Source: Candidatus Eremiobacteria bacterium (GTDB taxonomy: Bacteria; Vulcanimicrobiota; Vulcanimicrobiia; Vulcanimicrobiales; Vulcanimicrobiaceae). From it: a stretch of DNA of 64,000 nt. The translations under genes were made by a program, and so were the position numbers. Positions within the stretch are counted from its first letter, which is position 1. Every line of letters starts with the position of its first letter. Shown here one piece after another: positions 61,928 to 64,000 of the stretch. A model generated the notes under the pieces. The model saw only the letters and a list, made by a program, of their open reading frames with translations. It did no database searches and was not told the DNA's origin. The DNA lies in assembly GCA_963758295.1 (NCBI GenBank), contig CAVWUU010000001.1:640001-704000 (forward strand), given 5' to 3'.

Positions 61928-62320
61928 TTATTTGGGAAACCCGCAAACCGGTTCTTCGTTATCGCCTTGCTTCGGGAACAATTCGTCGATTACGGTGTCG
62001 GGCGGATCGCCGTCTTCCCAGTGAATTTCGTGAATCTCGATAATGTCGCGGATACGGCTTAAGACGGCAAGTTCGAGGATCGCTTTTAGCTTTAACAGAC
62101 TTGCAGAACTCTTGGGTGGAAATTGCGCGGCGCGAAAGCGAAGCCAGAGCGTTTTTCCGTCGTCGTCCAGTCTGAGCGGCTCGCATAACGGCGCCAGCTC
62201 TCCAATTATCAAGCCCCACTGAATTTTCAAGCGCGTTAATAACGGCGACGGATCCTGTTCTCGAAAATCCCGGCGAGAAGCCCACTGCGAAAGCAGCACA
62301 GGTTCGCGGTTCATGATCAC
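61928..62320 (-). CDS. Hypothetical protein, DciA/DUF721-like
   Basis: LKIQWGLIIGELAPLCEPLRLDDDGKTLWL resembles the W..I.G..A....P......G.L signature. Confidence 0.45.
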   Translation of the reverse strand: MIMNREPVLLSQWASRRDFREQDPSPLLTRLKIQWGLIIGELAPLCEPLRLDDDGKTLWLRFRAAQFPPKSSASLLKLKAILELAVLSRIRDIIEIHEIHWEDGDPPDTVIDELFPKQGDNEEPVCGFPK

Positions 62321-62601
62321 CCCTTAAGGGAAGGGTGCGCTCCGCGACCCATCCTAGCGCTGGCGGGCACAATCCTTCTGCTAGAACGGTGCGTAGGGCT
62401 TATTTGAGGCAGTAGCGGTGAGGCTGCGGGACCTCGGAATCTTTTCGGGCTCGGTTGCATCTCGCCGCTGACTTCAATGAGGTCCGCCCTGCGGTGCACC
62501 GGTTAACATCGAATAACACGACAGGTGCCGTCACTTTTGCTTTGCATAGTCGTTTATGCGCATGTGACGGTTAAGCGGGTCGCATCCCAAGAAAGGGAGA
62601 T

Positions 62602-63237
62602 ATGAAACCATTTGGTTCTATCGTTGCACTAGTCATTGTTGGTTGTCTCGCGGAACCGTGCTTAGCGGTGCAGCATAACCGTTTCGATGCTACGGTTCCC
62701 GTAGCCCGTCAGGTGCAGCTTGCGATGAGCGCTGCACCGGCTGAAATCTCTAGAAACGCAACAATTTACGTGCTGGGCGCCGGTGGATTCGAGCGACAGC
62801 GCGCCGGCAGCAATGGATTCACATGCCTTGTCGATCGATATGTCCAAAATGGCGTCGCTATGTCGCTCGAGCCGAAATGCTTTGACGCTGAAGGCACGCG
62901 TACGCTTTTGCCGGTTAGTTTGCGCACGGAAACCTTACGGGCCGAGGGAAAGTCGGAGTCGCAAATTGCTGATGACATCACGGACGGTTATAAAAGCGGC
63001 CGTTTTCGCGCTCCAGGTAAGCCGGGCCTTATTTATATGATGTCGCCCTACAATATTCTCGCGCGTGGTGCAAACAATACAAACTTCGGGCACGTGGCAG
63101 GCCATTTGATGTTTTATGCTCCGTACATGACCGTTCATGACCTGGGGTATCGCTCTCCCAAGGGGATGTTGCCGATACTTGCCGACCCGGGTACGCCCTA
63201 CGCGATGATGATTGTCGTGCCAAAGCGGCAGTTGTAA
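62602..63237 (+). CDS. Hypothetical secreted protein
   Basis: SD GGGAG; signal peptide; SAAP...GSNGFTCLV...PGLIYMMS...GHLMFY. Confidence 0.75.
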   Translation: MKPFGSIVALVIVGCLAEPCLAVQHNRFDATVPVARQVQLAMSAAPAEISRNATIYVLGAGGFERQRAGSNGFTCLVDRYVQNGVAMSLEPKCFDAEGTRTLLPVSLRTETLRAEGKSESQIADDITDGYKSGRFRAPGKPGLIYMMSPYNILARGANNTNFGHVAGHLMFYAPYMTVHDLGYRSPKGMLPILADPGTPYAMMIVVPKRQL

Positions 63238-63438
63238 ACGTGTGCTGTATAGGCTAGCGGCTCGCGGCAACATGTGCGTTTTTACCACGCACCTGTGAGA
63301 TGTTCTCGCCAATCAAAACGGCTGACCGCGGGTCGGCGTAGATCCGAGGCGGTGCAATAGGCATGCGGTGCGGCGGGCATAGTAATGCGGTAAGTAGCGG
63401 ACGGCCGGGCATGGTCGCTGGCTGTGGAGACAAGCGTG

Positions 63439-64000
63439 ATGATGATGAAACTACTAGCCGCTTTACTCACCTTCGCATCTGCAGCAACGTTCGGATTTGG
63501 AACGTCGTCCGCTGATGTGCAAACGATGACCGTCGTTTCACCGGCGAATTATACGCGGCATAGCTATCGGGGAAGGCCCGACCTTGGCTTGATGCTTGCG
63601 ATGGTGGAAGCGGGCGGCGGTAGTAAACACTTCGATAGCGCGCGCCTGTTTCGTGTTCTCGGTGGGTCAAACGCGCGGAATGAAAGTGCGAAATTGCAGC
63701 ACGAGTATGGCAAAGCTAAAATGGCAGCCTTCGAGCAAACATTCAACTTTGCGGTGCGGGATACCGTAAGTATTTTTGCGCTGAATCATATAACGCTACC
63801 GTCGAATCCAAGCGTCTCGCCCGGCGATGGGCGCGCAATGGCGGTCGACATATACCGTGACGGCATCATGCCGACCGGTAAATTCGATTGCGGATACATG
63901 ATGGAGCACCTGATGACGCACCCGGTGCACATGGTTCTTATGCACGACATCAATGTTGCCGCGGGTCAGGGGCCGTCGCATAATGCAAATTTCCACATCG
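63439..64000 (+). CDS. Hypothetical secreted protein (runs off window end)
   Basis: Manual translation MMMKLLAALLTFASAA...YRGRPDLGLMLAMVEAGGG...; no stop within the window. Confidence 0.7.
   Translation, partial: MMMKLLAALLTFASAATFGFGTSSADVQTMTVVSPANYTRHSYRGRPDLGLMLAMVEAGGGSKHFDSARLFRVLGGSNARNESAKLQHEYGKAKMAAFEQTFNFAVRDTVSIFALNHITLPSNPSVSPGDGRAMAVDIYRDGIMPTGKFDCGYMMEHLMTHPVHMVLMHDINVAAGQGPSHNANFHI

Noticed and set aside
1..64000. CRISPR array, rRNA, IS elements, riboswitches
   Set aside because: No regularly spaced repeats, rRNA-like sequence, transposase or recognisable riboswitch seen by eye; a covariance-model scan of the intergenic regions would be needed to exclude ncRNAs.

Overview
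GC-rich bacterial chromosome segment. Gene content and protein style suggest Ca. Eremiobacterota/Vulcanimicrobiota; this is an inference from recalled families, not a database result. Most of it is housekeeping or metabolic: an M13 peptidase, a Fur/Zur-znuACB metal uptake operon, purEK, a split leucine-catabolism (mccAB/ECH/HMG-CoA lyase) cluster, a cytochrome b plus Mo-oxidoreductase pair, DUF1800/DUF1501, a SigW-like ECF/anti-sigma/two-component locus, pyrKDFE, argS, rlmH, dprA, nrdR-dut-panE-chdC and a creatininase-family gene. An accessory zone at about 4.6-11.4 kb lies downstream of tRNA-Ala(CGC). It contains a decayed 2.6-kb integrative element (53-bp att repeat, GGGCTAA arm-like repeats, broken tyrosine integrase), older mobile debris, a duplicated zincin gene and a CIRCE-controlled Hsp20. 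The most notable item is a Cyc2-like monoheme cytochrome-porin fusion (34.6-35.8 kb). It has a DtxR/MntR-like palindrome at its start and is followed by an internally deleted multicopper oxidase, making it a candidate metal-regulated extracellular Fe/Mn oxidation module. Two blocks (about 21-29 kb and 52-60 kb) are dense in frameshifts that hit even essential genes. These are most likely sequencing or assembly indels, so coordinates there are approximate.
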